Shown here: positions 1 to 10,796 of the stretch, piece by piece
Layout of the letters: every line of letters starts with the position of its first letter
Position numbering within the stretch: position 1 is the stretch's first letter
Source: an uncultured Nitrospinota bacterium
GTDB taxonomy: Bacteria > Tectomicrobia > Entotheonellia > J063 > CAVPRW01
Length of the DNA: 64,000 bases
Direction of reading: 5' to 3'
NCBI GenBank assembly: GCA_963707985.1
Contig: CAVPRW010000014.1
Location: 192,001 to 256,000, forward strand
Position numbers and translations under genes: made by a program
The notes under the pieces: model-generated
Database searches by the model: none
Seen by the model: only the letters and a program-made list of their open reading frames with translations
Told to the model about the DNA's origin: nothing

Positions 1-455
1 ACCAACTCAGCGGTCAAGTCGGGACGATTCCGGGAAATCTACAGAGCCTCTCCGTCCCAATGTTCGCCAATGCTACCACCGTGCCTGGCCTCGAGCAATT
101 GATCACGAGCGCCGTGCGCACGCAATTACAACGGGATGGACGAGTGCGTTTGGGTACAGACGCAAATTCGGGGGCACAGCTCCGCGGCGCAGTCACGCGT
201 TATGGGTTGGCGGTCCTGGCCACCGATCCAAGCGATTTCGTCCTGGAATATCGAGCTGAGGTGGAAGTGCATGTCATGGTCGAAGACCTCCGGCAGCGGC
301 AGACGCTTTTGGACCAGAAGTTGGTCATCAACACCGACTACATCGTAGCATCATCGCAGATCGTGCCAAATGAGATCGCTCGTGAGCGGGCCATGCAGGC
401 CGCAGCGCGCGAGACTGGAGAGCGCGTTGTCAGCCTCCTGCTCGATCGGTTTTAA
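1..455 (+). CDS. lptE: LPS assembly lipoprotein LptE (5'-truncated by window edge)
   Basis: Frame is open from the window start (QLSGQVGTIPGNLQSLSVPMFANAT...). LptE-like size and motifs, directly upstream of holA as in the conserved leuS-lptE-holA order. Confidence 0.8.
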   Translation, partial: QLSGQVGTIPGNLQSLSVPMFANATTVPGLEQLITSAVRTQLQRDGRVRLGTDANSGAQLRGAVTRYGLAVLATDPSDFVLEYRAEVEVHVMVEDLRQRQTLLDQKLVINTDYIVASSQIVPNEIARERAMQAAARETGERVVSLLLDRF

Positions 456-574
456 CAAGGGGCATCGATCACAGATTGGAGACGGTCCCTAGTCGTGGTG
501 AGAACTCCTCCTGGGGCCCGAGCGGTACAGCTTGCGCATCAACCGGTGAGCACTAGCGTCAAGGGGAGGCGTGT

Positions 575-1591
575 ATGGAACCTCGGGAGCTTGAGCGCCG
601 CTTGAAACGGCACGAATTGGCCCCCGTGGTCTTGCTCTGGGGTGAAGAGTCCTGGTTGGCCGATGAAGCCATCAGCCAGATCGAGGCCGTCGCGCTCGAC
701 ATAGAGACGCGAGAGTTCAATCGTCAGGTGTTTTACGGCGATGAAGCTGAGGCACAAGCGGTCGTCATCGCGGCACAAACCTTGCCCTGGCTGGGATCGC
801 AGCGCCTGGTGGTGGTGAGAGGAGCCGACTCCCTGCCCCGTTCCGCCGATCCTCCGCTGGTAGCATACTGCAAACAGCCTTCGCCCAGCACCTGCTTAGT
901 CTTTGCAGCGCAGCGCGCGGAGACGAGTCGGCCGCTCTTCGCCCTCCTCCTAAAGCTGCCCTGGGCCGTGCGCTTTCGGCGACTGCTGCCGCGTGAATTA
1001 TCCACCTGGATCGCGCACCGCACCGCGGCCAGCGGCTGCCATATTACTGGGGCTGCGGTAGCCGCTCTGATAGAAACGGTGGGGAGCGACCTGCGACTGT
1101 TGGCGAACGAGATCGACAAGCTGGTGACGTTTGTTGGGGTCGAGCATGCCATCGAGGTCGAAAGTGTGACCGCTCTGACAACTGACATACGAGAGATGAC
1201 CGCCTTTGAATTGGCACGCTCCCTCAGCGCCGGGGACCTACCTGAAGCGTTGCGCGCCTGGGGCAAGTTCGCTTCCAGTGGAGAGTATCCGGGGTTGGCG
1301 CTCGGTGCAATCATCCACCATGTACGTCAGCTCTGGCGCATCAAGTTGGCGCAGCCTGCCGACGCCTCTCCTGAACGCCTAGCACGCGAGCTCAACATGC
1401 CGGTTTTTAGCGTCCAGCGGCTTAGCTCCCAAGCGGCTGCCATTGAGCTCGCACAGCTCCGCCAATGGCTGGAAACACTCCTAGAGGCCGACCAGACGCT
1501 CAAACGCTCTGGTCTGCCGCCACAATCGGTTTTTGAGAGGCTGATTCTACGTTTCTGTGTGAGGCAAGGTGGGACTCATATTCCCGCGTGA
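575..1591 (+). CDS. holA: DNA polymerase III delta subunit
   Basis: 338 aa; LLWGEE N-terminus, TLPWLGSQRLVVV, DLRLLANEIDKL, C-terminal LLEADQTLKRS; GGAGG RBS. Confidence 0.92.
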   Translation: MEPRELERRLKRHELAPVVLLWGEESWLADEAISQIEAVALDIETREFNRQVFYGDEAEAQAVVIAAQTLPWLGSQRLVVVRGADSLPRSADPPLVAYCKQPSPSTCLVFAAQRAETSRPLFALLLKLPWAVRFRRLLPRELSTWIAHRTAASGCHITGAAVAALIETVGSDLRLLANEIDKLVTFVGVEHAIEVESVTALTTDIREMTAFELARSLSAGDLPEALRAWGKFASSGEYPGLALGAIIHHVRQLWRIKLAQPADASPERLARELNMPVFSVQRLSSQAAAIELAQLRQWLETLLEADQTLKRSGLPPQSVFERLILRFCVRQGGTHIPA

Positions 1592-1851
1592 AGGGCATAA
1601 ACTTTCCGGCTCAGCGCGGCTTTCTTGCGGGCGGCCTTGTTCGGATGAATCACCCCTTTTCCAGCGGCTTTATCGAGTGCAGATACGGCCTTGCGGAGTG
1701 TGATCTCCGCAGTCGTCGAGTCTTTGCGCACGACCAGCGCTTCCACATGTTTCGCATACGTTTTAAGGGCCGATTTCACGGACACATTGCGCAGATGTCG
1801 TCCTTCCTCCTGCCGCATCCGCTTCATCGCCGACTTGTGGCGTTTGGCCAT
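1576..1851 (-). CDS. rpsT: 30S ribosomal protein S20
   Basis: HKSAMKRMRQ...RNVSVKSALKT...LDKAAGKGVIHPNKAARKK; convergent with holA. Confidence 0.97.
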   Translation of the reverse strand: MAKRHKSAMKRMRQEEGRHLRNVSVKSALKTYAKHVEALVVRKDSTTAEITLRKAVSALDKAAGKGVIHPNKAARKKAALSRKVYALHAGI

Positions 1852-1958
1852 GGTTTCTCTCCCTCATCCCTTGCCAATCATGGACCGATGCGTCTTAAAC
1901 CGTTTTTCAGGGGCCTTCGAGGGCAGGCAGCGGGCCGTTCACTCGGTGAGCCAGGTGC

Positions 1959-1987
1959 AATATACTAAACCAGCACCGAGGCGTCAA
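1959..1987 (-). promoter_or_regulatory. sigma70-type promoter for rpsT
   Basis: Minus strand TTGACG-17 nt-TATATT. Confidence 0.55.
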
Positions 1988-2442
1988 GAGTTCGGCACGA
2001 GGTCCGGATGATGACTGACCTGGCTGCTTCCAAAAGACCCAGACACACTGCGAGCAGAAGCTCGTGCCACTGGTCACCGAGGGCTCGGAGGCTGCCCTGC
2101 TGTGCCCCACCGTCAGCCTGTGTGCCAATGCTGCAGTGTCAGTCCCGGTCGCCGTGTTTTAGGCGTTGCGGGACACGCTGCCCCCTGTTAAAATTGGCGT
2201 TTACGCGGGCATGTTGAGCATCGTCCTCGACAGGGCCTTGAGGCAACCACACCAGCATGTTAGTGTGGCCCTGGCCACATTGCTGGCAGTAATCCCCAAA
2301 CTTGGCGAGCGCATCTGGTACTCGTAGAGGTGAGATGTTACCGGGATGTGAGGTGGGTGATATGGACGTGAGACGGAGCGGAAACAAAGTTTCGCGTGGT
2401 GGCCACCCGCCCTCGACTGGCGTACGAACCTGGGGCGTGGAG

Positions 2443-3339
2443 ATGTCGCTGGAGCGCTGGGTGAGTGGATTTGGCCACTACCTGGCGGTCGAGCGCCGCT
2501 TGTCTGTGTACACTCAACGCGTCTATGAACACGACGTGCGCGCCTGGCTTCAGGCGCTGCCGCCAGGCAGCAACGCCGAGGTCACGGCGCTCCTGACACG
2601 GGACAACGTGGTCAAGTTCTTGGCGCAGAGTCGTGCCTCTGGGTTGTCCCCTCGCTCGATAGCACGGCGCGTGGCCGGTCTACGGGCATTTTGCCGCTAT
2701 CTCAAGCATGAAGAGGTGCTGTCCGTTGATCCGTTAATGGACCTGCAGACTCCACGCCTGCCTCAGCGATTGCCGCATTTCCTGAGTGTCGATGAAGTCG
2801 ACCGCTTGCTCCGCCAACCGCGTGTGGAGACGCCACGGGGCCGCCGGGATGCGGCGATGCTGGAAGCACTCTATGCCACGGGGCTGCGTGTATCGGAATT
2901 GGTGTCATTGCCGATGAGCGCCTTGCACCTGGCTGAAGGCTGGATCAAGGTGCGGGGAAAGGGCGGTAAAGAGCGTCTCATCCCTCTTGGAGAGCCGGCA
3001 GTGGCATGCATACGGGCGTATCTGGAGGGCGGGCGCGAGGAGCTCATGCGAGGAGAGCGCAGCCTGCATGTGTTCGTCAACGGGCGGGGCCGGGGCATGA
3101 CTCGCCAGGGCTTCTGGAAGCTCCTACGCAGTTATGCCCGGAAGGCTGGCATTACCAAGCCCATGTCACCGCATACGCTACGCCATTCCTTCGCGACGCA
3201 TCTTCTGGAGCAGGGGGCTGACCTCCGCTCCGTCCAGCAGATGCTTGGCCATAGCGACATTTCCACGACGCAAATCTATACTCATGTGCTTGAAGCGCGG
3301 CTGCGTTCAGCATATCAACGCTACCACCCGCGCGCGTAA
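2443..3339 (+). CDS. xerD: Site-specific tyrosine recombinase XerD (start may be 2362)
   Basis: RDAAMLEALYATGLRVSEL, GKGGKERL, MTRQGFWK, SPHTLRHSFATHLL, LGHSDISTTQIYTH. TRQGFWK is XerD-type. Confidence 0.93.
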   Translation: MSLERWVSGFGHYLAVERRLSVYTQRVYEHDVRAWLQALPPGSNAEVTALLTRDNVVKFLAQSRASGLSPRSIARRVAGLRAFCRYLKHEEVLSVDPLMDLQTPRLPQRLPHFLSVDEVDRLLRQPRVETPRGRRDAAMLEALYATGLRVSELVSLPMSALHLAEGWIKVRGKGGKERLIPLGEPAVACIRAYLEGGREELMRGERSLHVFVNGRGRGMTRQGFWKLLRSYARKAGITKPMSPHTLRHSFATHLLEQGADLRSVQQMLGHSDISTTQIYTHVLEARLRSAYQRYHPRA

Positions 3340-3354
3340 GGCTGGAGGTTCGGT

Positions 3355-6072
3355 GTGGCGCTTCTTCGACCCATTAGTCCGCTGCCTGTTGAGTCCCGAG
3401 TAGACCAAGCCGAGGAGATGTTGCAGGATTTACAGTTCCCAGAGCAGCGTCTCGAGGCTATGAGTATCCTGCGTCAATTTGTGCGGGAGGCCACGCTCCG
3501 TGTGCGCGAGGCCCATCTGGCTGGGGCCAGTGGGGCTGAAACCGCCCGCCAACTGGCGGCGATGATCGATCAGGTCATCATTGAAAGTTATCACTTCCTG
3601 GCACGTAGTCCTTTATTTACAGCGTATCGGCGCCCCCTTCGAGTGGCCACGGTGGCCGTGGGAGGCTATGGGCGCGGTGATCTGAACCCCTGCTCGGACC
3701 TCGATATCGTCGTGCTACACCCCCCCCAAGAGGATGACCTCAGCACGCAATTTATGATCCAATTCACCCTTCTCCTCATGGACCTGCGGCTCGACGTCCG
3801 CTACAGCAATCGTTCCATCGCTAACTGCGTGCAGATGGCACGGCGTGATCTGTCGACGAAAACATCGTTCATCGAAGCCCGCCCGCTGGTCGGGGATGCC
3901 CAACTCCTCGATCAGTTCCGGCGCACGGTACAGCACGAACTGCTCGGGAAAGGGGTCGATCAGTTTATTCAGGCCAAGGCGGAGGAGCTCCAGCGGCGTC
4001 ATGCCAAGTACTATGGCACAGTGAGCGTCTTGGAGCCCAATGTCAAGGAGAGCCCAGGGGGGCTGCGCGATTATCACACCGCCTTGTGGGTCGGGGCCAC
4101 ACGCGTTGGGGCACGGTCGTTGGATGACCTGGTGGCCGCGGGCATCATCGCGGCGGCAGAGCAACAGGCTGTGGCACAGGCCTATGAGTTTCTGCTGCGG
4201 GTACGCACGGATTTACATTTTTCCCAGCAGTGGAAAACCGATGTGTTGGCGATTGAGGTGCAGGCAGAGGCGGCTGCACGCCTCGGCTATGATGGCAACG
4301 GTACCGGCCTGCCGGTAGAGCGCTTCATGCGGCAGTATTATCGTCAGGCCCGTGTGATCTATTATTTGTGTGCCAGCGTGCTCAATCGCTGTCGGCCACA
4401 CGAACGAGGGATTGGAAAAGTGCTTGAATATATGTCACGTAAAGAACTTGAGCATGGGTTCGTTCTCGCACGGGGCGAGATCACGGTCAAGGAACGCGGC
4501 AAAGATCCTTTCCAGGTGCGGCCTACCTTGCTGTTGGAGGCCTTCGCAGTGGCCCAGCAGGTGGGGGCAGGGCTCAGTGAGGACCTGAAGGTCCTCATCC
4601 GGACTCATCTCGGGGCGATCGACGATGCCTTTCGGGCCGACCGCCAGCACAGTCGGCTGTTCATGACCATCCTCAAGCACCCTAAGGCCTCCCGTGCCCT
4701 CCGCGCCATGCATGAGGTAGGGGTATTGAGCGCATACCTCCCTGAATTTGAGCCGATCACCGGCCTGGTGCACCATGATCTCTATCACAAATATACCGTC
4801 GACGAGCACACGTTGCGGGCAGTGGATTTCCTCGACGAGTTGCCCGATACTCCCGAAAAAGAGCTGCGCGAGTTCGCCAAGTTGTTCCAGAGCTTGCCCA
4901 ATCCCGAGGTGTTGCGGCTGGCCTTGGTCTATCACGATGTGGGGAAGACCAAAGGCGTCGAGCATGTCGAGGAGAGTGCCGAATTGTTCCGCGCTGCCGC
5001 CCCGCGCCTAGGGCTCAGCGAAAAAAGCGCCGACCAGGTCGAGTTGCTGGTAAAAAACCATTTGCTCATGAATCATCTGGCCCAGCGCCGTGACATCACC
5101 GACCCTAAGATCGTGGCGGATTTCGCGGAAACCGTCCGCAACGTGGAGAATCTCAAGCTCCTGTGTATCCTTACCTACACCGACACGCGAGCGGTGGGAC
5201 CAGATATCTGGACGGTATGGAAGGGGGCGCTGTTGTGGGAACTGTACATGCGTACCTATAAGCATTTCACTCAGGACGATGAGGTCGTGGTCACGGGAGA
5301 GGCCCTCATCGAACAAGTGAAAGGTGAAGTGCTATCGGGCTTATCCGGGCGCATCCCCGAGGTCACCGTCGATGCATTCTTCAAGGCCATGCCCTATAAA
5401 TACATCGTGTCGACACCGGCCGAGACCATCGTGCAACATATCCAATTGGTGGAGAGTTTGCAGGGCGGTGCGCTCGCCACGAAGCATACCCACTACCATG
5501 ACCTGGGGTACTCCGAACTACTGGTGTGTACGCCTAGCAAGCCCGGCAATTTTGCCAAAATCGCCGGGACGCTGGCGGCCAATCAGCTCAACATTTTGGG
5601 CGCACAAATCTATACCCACAATGATGGGCTGGCCCTGGACACGTTGCAGATCGAAAGCCTCGAAAAGAAGCCCATCTTGGACGAACGCCTGTGGCAGCGC
5701 CTGAATGACGAGCTCCTGGCGGTCTTGGCCGGAGGGCGAGAGGTCACCTATCGGCCGGGGCGGACGATTTTCGCCAGAAAAGAGCGGGCCGTGCCGGTCG
5801 CCACTATAGTCGAGGTCAACAATCGCATCTCCGACATGTATACGGTCATTGATGTGACGACCCAGGACCGCTTAGGCTTGCTATACCTGATCACGACGAC
5901 GCTGTTTGAGATCGGGATAAACATTCACCTGGCTAAAGTCTCTACGGAGGCAACGCGAGCCATCGACGTATTCTACGTGACCGATCTCGTGGGCGAAAAG
6001 ATCGTCGACGAACGGGCCATCGAGGAGATCCGCAGCCAGCTCCAGACTGCCCTTGACGTTGATGAGCGATGA
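3355..6072 (+). CDS. glnD: [protein-PII] uridylyltransferase/uridylyl-removing enzyme
   Basis: 905 aa; GGYGRGDLNPCSDLD nucleotidyltransferase motif, EPNVKESPGGLRD, HD domain (YTVDEH...HDVGK), two C-terminal ACT domains. Confidence 0.95.
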   Translation: MALLRPISPLPVESRVDQAEEMLQDLQFPEQRLEAMSILRQFVREATLRVREAHLAGASGAETARQLAAMIDQVIIESYHFLARSPLFTAYRRPLRVATVAVGGYGRGDLNPCSDLDIVVLHPPQEDDLSTQFMIQFTLLLMDLRLDVRYSNRSIANCVQMARRDLSTKTSFIEARPLVGDAQLLDQFRRTVQHELLGKGVDQFIQAKAEELQRRHAKYYGTVSVLEPNVKESPGGLRDYHTALWVGATRVGARSLDDLVAAGIIAAAEQQAVAQAYEFLLRVRTDLHFSQQWKTDVLAIEVQAEAAARLGYDGNGTGLPVERFMRQYYRQARVIYYLCASVLNRCRPHERGIGKVLEYMSRKELEHGFVLARGEITVKERGKDPFQVRPTLLLEAFAVAQQVGAGLSEDLKVLIRTHLGAIDDAFRADRQHSRLFMTILKHPKASRALRAMHEVGVLSAYLPEFEPITGLVHHDLYHKYTVDEHTLRAVDFLDELPDTPEKELREFAKLFQSLPNPEVLRLALVYHDVGKTKGVEHVEESAELFRAAAPRLGLSEKSADQVELLVKNHLLMNHLAQRRDITDPKIVADFAETVRNVENLKLLCILTYTDTRAVGPDIWTVWKGALLWELYMRTYKHFTQDDEVVVTGEALIEQVKGEVLSGLSGRIPEVTVDAFFKAMPYKYIVSTPAETIVQHIQLVESLQGGALATKHTHYHDLGYSELLVCTPSKPGNFAKIAGTLAANQLNILGAQIYTHNDGLALDTLQIESLEKKPILDERLWQRLNDELLAVLAGGREVTYRPGRTIFARKERAVPVATIVEVNNRISDMYTVIDVTTQDRLGLLYLITTTLFEIGINIHLAKVSTEATRAIDVFYVTDLVGEKIVDERAIEEIRSQLQTALDVDER

Positions 6073-6349
6073 GCAGTGGGTCGAATGGAAGGACTCAGGA
6101 ACGCCTGGATTGACGCGCCACGAGGCCGTATGCGGGCGATGTGATCGCGCCTCGTAGATCTCGAGCATTGCATGCTAGATTTGTTCTGTGGTATGTTTGG
6201 GCGACGGTTTTGCCGCAACTTGCATTCAGATGGCATGGCAAAGGCGAAGGCCTGCCGCCACTTGCGCCAGTCGACCTGTCGAGGCGTCTCGGATCACCAC
6301 GGGGATGGGTATTCCTGGTGCCGGACTGCATGGAGGTGCGTAAAGCAGC

Positions 6350-7369
6350 TTGGCTGAGATACTGAGCAAAGAGATCGAGCTGGAAGATACCACCCAACTG
6401 CCACAAATCTTCGGCATTAACGACGCGCATCTCAGACTCATCGGCAAAGGACTGCACGTCCGCCTGCAGGCTCGCGAACGTGGGCTGAGCATTCAGGGTG
6501 CAGCCGAGGCCGTGAGCAAGGCCGAGCAACTGTTGCAAGAGTTGTGTGAGCTGATGGCCAGTGGCTATGTCATTGACTCGCATGACTTGCGTCTGATGCT
6601 CCGCCTCTACGAAAGCTCGCCACATCCCGATATCCGCCATATCTTTTCTGATCGCATCCCCGTCCCATCCCGTCGTCGTTATGTGTCACCCAAGACTGAG
6701 GGGCAGAAGTTCTATGTGGATGCGATCCGCCATCATGACATCGTCTTTGCGATCGGCCCGGCAGGGACTGGCAAGACGTACCTGGCCATGGCCATGGCGG
6801 TTTCAAGTTTGTTCCATAAGGAGATTGAGCGCATCATTCTGGCACGGCCGGCCGTCGAAGCGGGTGAGAAGCTCGGCTTTCTGCCAGGCGACCTGCAAGA
6901 GAAGGTGAACCCGTATCTGCGGCCGCTCTACGATGCGCTCTACGACACGATGGAGTTTGAACGAGCGCAAAAGTTGATGGAGCGGGGCACCATTGAAATC
7001 GCCCCGCTGGCCTATATGCGCGGTCGCACCCTGAACGATTCGTTCATTATTCTGGATGAGGCTCAGAACACGACCTCTGAGCAAATGAAGATGTTCCTCA
7101 CACGTCTGGGATATAATTCCAAAGCGGTCATTACGGGTGATGTCACCCAGGTGGATCTCGCCCCCGGCAAGGTCTCGGGATTGGTCGAGGTGCAAGACGT
7201 TCTGCGCGGTATCGAGGGTATTCGCTTCGTGTACTTTACTGAGCGGGATGTCGTCCGCCACGAACTGGTCCAGCAGATCATTCGCGCCTATGAGACCTTT
7301 CAGCCACGGGCTGAGCGTCGTGGTGAGGGCCACGGAGGGGGAACGCCGTCCGATGGAACGGGAACGTAA
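6350..7369 (+). CDS. phoH: PhoH-family ATPase
   Basis: GPAGTGKT, RPAVEAGEKLGFLPGDL, YMRGRTL, DEAQN. Confidence 0.95.
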   Translation: MAEILSKEIELEDTTQLPQIFGINDAHLRLIGKGLHVRLQARERGLSIQGAAEAVSKAEQLLQELCELMASGYVIDSHDLRLMLRLYESSPHPDIRHIFSDRIPVPSRRRYVSPKTEGQKFYVDAIRHHDIVFAIGPAGTGKTYLAMAMAVSSLFHKEIERIILARPAVEAGEKLGFLPGDLQEKVNPYLRPLYDALYDTMEFERAQKLMERGTIEIAPLAYMRGRTLNDSFIILDEAQNTTSEQMKMFLTRLGYNSKAVITGDVTQVDLAPGKVSGLVEVQDVLRGIEGIRFVYFTERDVVRHELVQQIIRAYETFQPRAERRGEGHGGGTPSDGTGT

Positions 7370-9863
7370 GGGACGAGCACGGCCAGAACGGGGCGTGCGG
7401 CCGCTGTTGACGAAGCTTGGTGTGGTCAACGTATCGAAGTCCGGTGGCATGAGGATCGCTTGGCGCGAGATCGGGATCACCGCGCTACTGGTAGCGACCT
7501 TGACAGTGCTGTTGTTACCGCGTTTGCAGTTGCAAACGCGGACCTTAGCAGTTGGGGATATCGCGCCCGCCGACGTTAAAGCCCATACCGACTTCCTGCT
7601 CGAAGATGAGGTGTCAGCCCAAAAGAAGCGCAATGAGGCTGAAGAGCGGGTGTTGCCACGCTACGATTTTGACCAGCATGCTCTCGAGGCCATTGACCAG
7701 CGTTTGAAATGGGCAATGCAGACCATCGAGTCGGCCTATCAGGGGCGTCCCCCCGAACTTGCAGGGACCCTCCAGGAGGCGCGTTCGGCTCCCCTGACGC
7801 CCGAAGAAGCAGCACGCGGCCAGGCCCTGTCGGGCGTCCAGACGGTGATGAGTCGGGAAGTGGTCACGAGGAGTCCATTTTTCGCAGAGCGCGAGCAAGA
7901 GTTTCGCCGCATTTTGGGTATCGAGTTGGATGCGGCAACGCTGGCGTCGCTTCGTCAGCTGCAGTACACGCCTCGACTGCGTCAGGGTATCATCGATGCC
8001 TTGGCGGCGGTGATGCAGCGGGGTGTCGTCAGCCGTCACGGTCTCTTCGCGGGACATCGGGAGCGGGGGATTGTGTTTCGTGATGTCCGTACAGGGCAGG
8101 AACTCAACATCCCAGACACCAGCATGATCTTAGAGCTGGACGAGGCCGCCGCGGCCTTGACCGCCAACGTGTTAGCCGAAAACTCCCCGTATCCCCTGGA
8201 GCTGCAACCAGTCATTGCTAACATCTCCCGGCGACTGCTGTTGCCAAACCTGACATTCAACCAAGAGGAGACCGAGGCCCGGAAGAAACAGGCGCTGGAG
8301 GCGGTGAAACCTGTGTTCTTCCAAGTCAAGCGTGGCGAAATGATTATCCGCGAAGGCGAACGGGTGCGCGCAGAGCATATTCCCAGACTTCGCGCGTTGG
8401 CCTCGGGTAAACGGAGCGGCGACCCGGTTTCTGCAGTGGTAGGCACGACGATCTTCGTCGCGGTCGTGGTCATTTTTGGGTTGCTCTACTTACGTCAATT
8501 GGGATCGCGTGTGTCGTGGGATTCGCAATCGCTGCTGCTGTTGGCAGTCCTGCTGGCGGGCAATATTTTAGGTGTGCGGGCGTTTATGGTGGTCGCCCAA
8601 GCGCTCGTGGAAAGCTTCCCGGTCATGGAGAGTGGGGTCTTTCTCTACGCGCTGCCCGTGACGGTGGGAGGCATACTCGTAGCCATTTTCTTTGACTTCT
8701 CCGTGGGGGTGTTGTTCGCTCTGATGACCAGTTTGCTGATCGGCATCCTGGTGCGCGACAACCTGGCGATGGCAGTGCTGGCGTTGGTGGGCAATTTGGT
8801 CGCGACTTTCCGTGTGCAGCAATATCGGCAGCGCTCATCTATCCTGGTAACCGGGCTGTTTATCGGCCTGGCGAACATCTTGACGCTGATGGCCTTTGGG
8901 TTGATGAGCGCCAACCTGTTTACCTGGCCGCGGGCCCATGAAGCGTTGTGTGGTCTACTGGGGGGGCTGCTGGCAGCGGTTGTCGTCTCAGCGGTGCTGC
9001 CGCTGTTAGAGTCGATGTTCAAATGCACCACGGACATCAAGCTCCTGGAGTTGGCAAGCTTGAATCATCCGTTGTTACGACAACTCATCATGCAGGCACC
9101 AGGTACCTATCATCACAGCATGTTGGTGGGGACTTTGGCTGAGGCCGCGGCTGAGGCCATTGGGGCCAACGCCCTGCTGGCCCGCGTCGGTAGTTATTAC
9201 CACGACATCGGCAAGATGCTGACCCCTGAATACTTCGTGGAGAATCAGGCGGGACGTGGCAATAAACACGACCGCTTGTCCCCGAGTATGAGTGCCTTGA
9301 TCATTATGGCTCATGTCAAGGACGGTATCAAACTGGCCAAGGAATACAAGCTACCACAGCGCATCATCGACATGATTCCCCAGCACCATGGCACCAATCT
9401 CATCTCCTATTTTTACAATAAAGCGAAGGAGCAGGAAGATCCTGCCGTGCAGCAGATCCACGAAGAAGATTATCGTTATCCAGGCCCTAAGCCGCAGACG
9501 CGTGAGGCGGCCATCGTAATGCTTGCCGACAAAGTCGAAGCGGCATCGCGTGTGCTGACGGAACCGACGTCACAGCGCATCAACGGGCTGGTGCAACGTA
9601 TTACGAGCAGTATCTTCATGGATGGCCAACTCGATGAGTGCGACCTGACGCTGCGCGATTTACAAAGGATCAGCGATGCCTTCGGACGCACCCTGATCGC
9701 CATCTACCATCATCGTGTCGAATATCCATCGGTCGAATCGGAAGAAGTCAAGCGTCGTACGCGAAGCACCAATGGCCATCAGTTGTCGGAACCACCAAAA
9801 GATCATCCCGATCGATACCCGGATGCTCCGAAAGGCGCTGCTGAGGCTGCTCGCGGCTCTTGA
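7353..9863 (+). CDS. 7TM-HD domain phosphohydrolase (PgpH-like, putative c-di-AMP phosphodiesterase)
   Basis: N-terminal TM helix, large extracytoplasmic domain, about 7 TM helices, then APGTYHHS...YYHDIGK...QHHGT...RYPGPKP. Conserved phoH-HD-ybeY order. Confidence 0.88.
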   Translation: MERERKGRARPERGVRPLLTKLGVVNVSKSGGMRIAWREIGITALLVATLTVLLLPRLQLQTRTLAVGDIAPADVKAHTDFLLEDEVSAQKKRNEAEERVLPRYDFDQHALEAIDQRLKWAMQTIESAYQGRPPELAGTLQEARSAPLTPEEAARGQALSGVQTVMSREVVTRSPFFAEREQEFRRILGIELDAATLASLRQLQYTPRLRQGIIDALAAVMQRGVVSRHGLFAGHRERGIVFRDVRTGQELNIPDTSMILELDEAAAALTANVLAENSPYPLELQPVIANISRRLLLPNLTFNQEETEARKKQALEAVKPVFFQVKRGEMIIREGERVRAEHIPRLRALASGKRSGDPVSAVVGTTIFVAVVVIFGLLYLRQLGSRVSWDSQSLLLLAVLLAGNILGVRAFMVVAQALVESFPVMESGVFLYALPVTVGGILVAIFFDFSVGVLFALMTSLLIGILVRDNLAMAVLALVGNLVATFRVQQYRQRSSILVTGLFIGLANILTLMAFGLMSANLFTWPRAHEALCGLLGGLLAAVVVSAVLPLLESMFKCTTDIKLLELASLNHPLLRQLIMQAPGTYHHSMLVGTLAEAAAEAIGANALLARVGSYYHDIGKMLTPEYFVENQAGRGNKHDRLSPSMSALIIMAHVKDGIKLAKEYKLPQRIIDMIPQHHGTNLISYFYNKAKEQEDPAVQQIHEEDYRYPGPKPQTREAAIVMLADKVEAASRVLTEPTSQRINGLVQRITSSIFMDGQLDECDLTLRDLQRISDAFGRTLIAIYHHRVEYPSVESEEVKRRTRSTNGHQLSEPPKDHPDRYPDAPKGAAEAARGS

Positions 9864-10290
9864 CTGTCAGAGCTGTGATCTGGCTGTGCTCATCATCGAT
9901 GATGCCAGGATGCGCCGGCTGAACGCCCGCTATCGCGGTATCGATCGTCCCACCGATGTGCTGGCCTTTGCGATGCGTGAAGGGCCTTTTGCTGGCCTTC
10001 ACCCAGAGGTGTTGGGGGATGTAGTGCTCTCCGCCGAGACCGCTCTTCGCCAGGCACGTGCCCGTCGCCACTCACTCGCCGCAGAGTTGACGCACCTGCT
10101 CATCCATGGTACGCTGCATTTACTCGGTTACGACCATGAAGTCTCCCCTGCTGACGCGAGGCTAATGCGCGCTAAAGAACGTAAACTGTGGAGGCTGGTC
10201 AAACCTTTGCTGCACCTTCCTCCCAAATGCCAGCCTTCAGGCTCCGATCGCCAATGCCCTTGCCTCATGCGGAGTTCGTCCCCTTGTTAA
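9772..10290 (+). CDS. ybeY: rRNA maturation endoribonuclease YbeY
   Basis: LNARYRGIDRPTDVLAF, LGDVVLS, HGTLHLLGYDH zinc motif. Confidence 0.93.
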   Translation: MAISCRNHQKIIPIDTRMLRKALLRLLAALDCQSCDLAVLIIDDARMRRLNARYRGIDRPTDVLAFAMREGPFAGLHPEVLGDVVLSAETALRQARARRHSLAAELTHLLIHGTLHLLGYDHEVSPADARLMRAKERKLWRLVKPLLHLPPKCQPSGSDRQCPCLMRSSSPC

Positions 10291-10433
10291 TGCCCGCGCC
10301 CTAATGTCGGCTCAGTCAGAAGGGGCCGACGCAGACGCCCGGAGCTGTATAGCTTGCTGCCTCGGTCGTGTCTCCTACGAATGACCGTGCCTAAACGTGC
10401 CGGCATGCCCGCTGGCAAGAGGCTGGAGGACCT

Positions 10434-10796
10434 GTGGCGCTCATCGTTTTCGTGCTCGGGGTAATCGCTGGTATGGCGGTGTTGATTTTTGCGTTTGAGA
10501 ACCAGGAACCGGTGGCGCTGCGCTATTTATACACCTGGCAGACACCACCGCTGCCTCTGTTTGCAATCATCATGGTTGCCGTGGGGGCTGGGTTCGTGAT
10601 CGCTAGCTTGTTTGGCCTGGCGGCATACCTCCGCGAGCGCAGGATCATTCGCCAGCAGCGACGCACCATTGCCAACTTAGACGCCGAGTTACACACCCTA
10701 CGCACCCTTCCCCTCGACGTTCCCTCAGAACCCGGGGGTGGCCGGCAAGGCTCCGACACACCTGTCTCGGCCACTGGTGAGCTGCCACGACCGTGA
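10434..10796 (+). CDS. lapA: LapA-family (DUF1049) membrane protein
   Basis: Two TM segments flanking FAFENQEPV, a coiled-coil tail, and position directly upstream of a LapB-like gene. Confidence 0.75.
   Translation: MALIVFVLGVIAGMAVLIFAFENQEPVALRYLYTWQTPPLPLFAIIMVAVGAGFVIASLFGLAAYLRERRIIRQQRRTIANLDAELHTLRTLPLDVPSEPGGGRQGSDTPVSATGELPRP

Noticed and set aside
2443..3339. Tyrosine recombinase as a prophage or integron integrase
   Set aside because: Motifs are XerD-type, the flanks are core genes, and no att sites or cargo genes were seen.
7137..7352. Long N-terminal extensions and many antisense ORFs in the ORF track
   Set aside because: They overlap well-supported genes and are expected shadow ORFs in GC-rich DNA. 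Starts were trimmed to those supported by RBS or family motifs.
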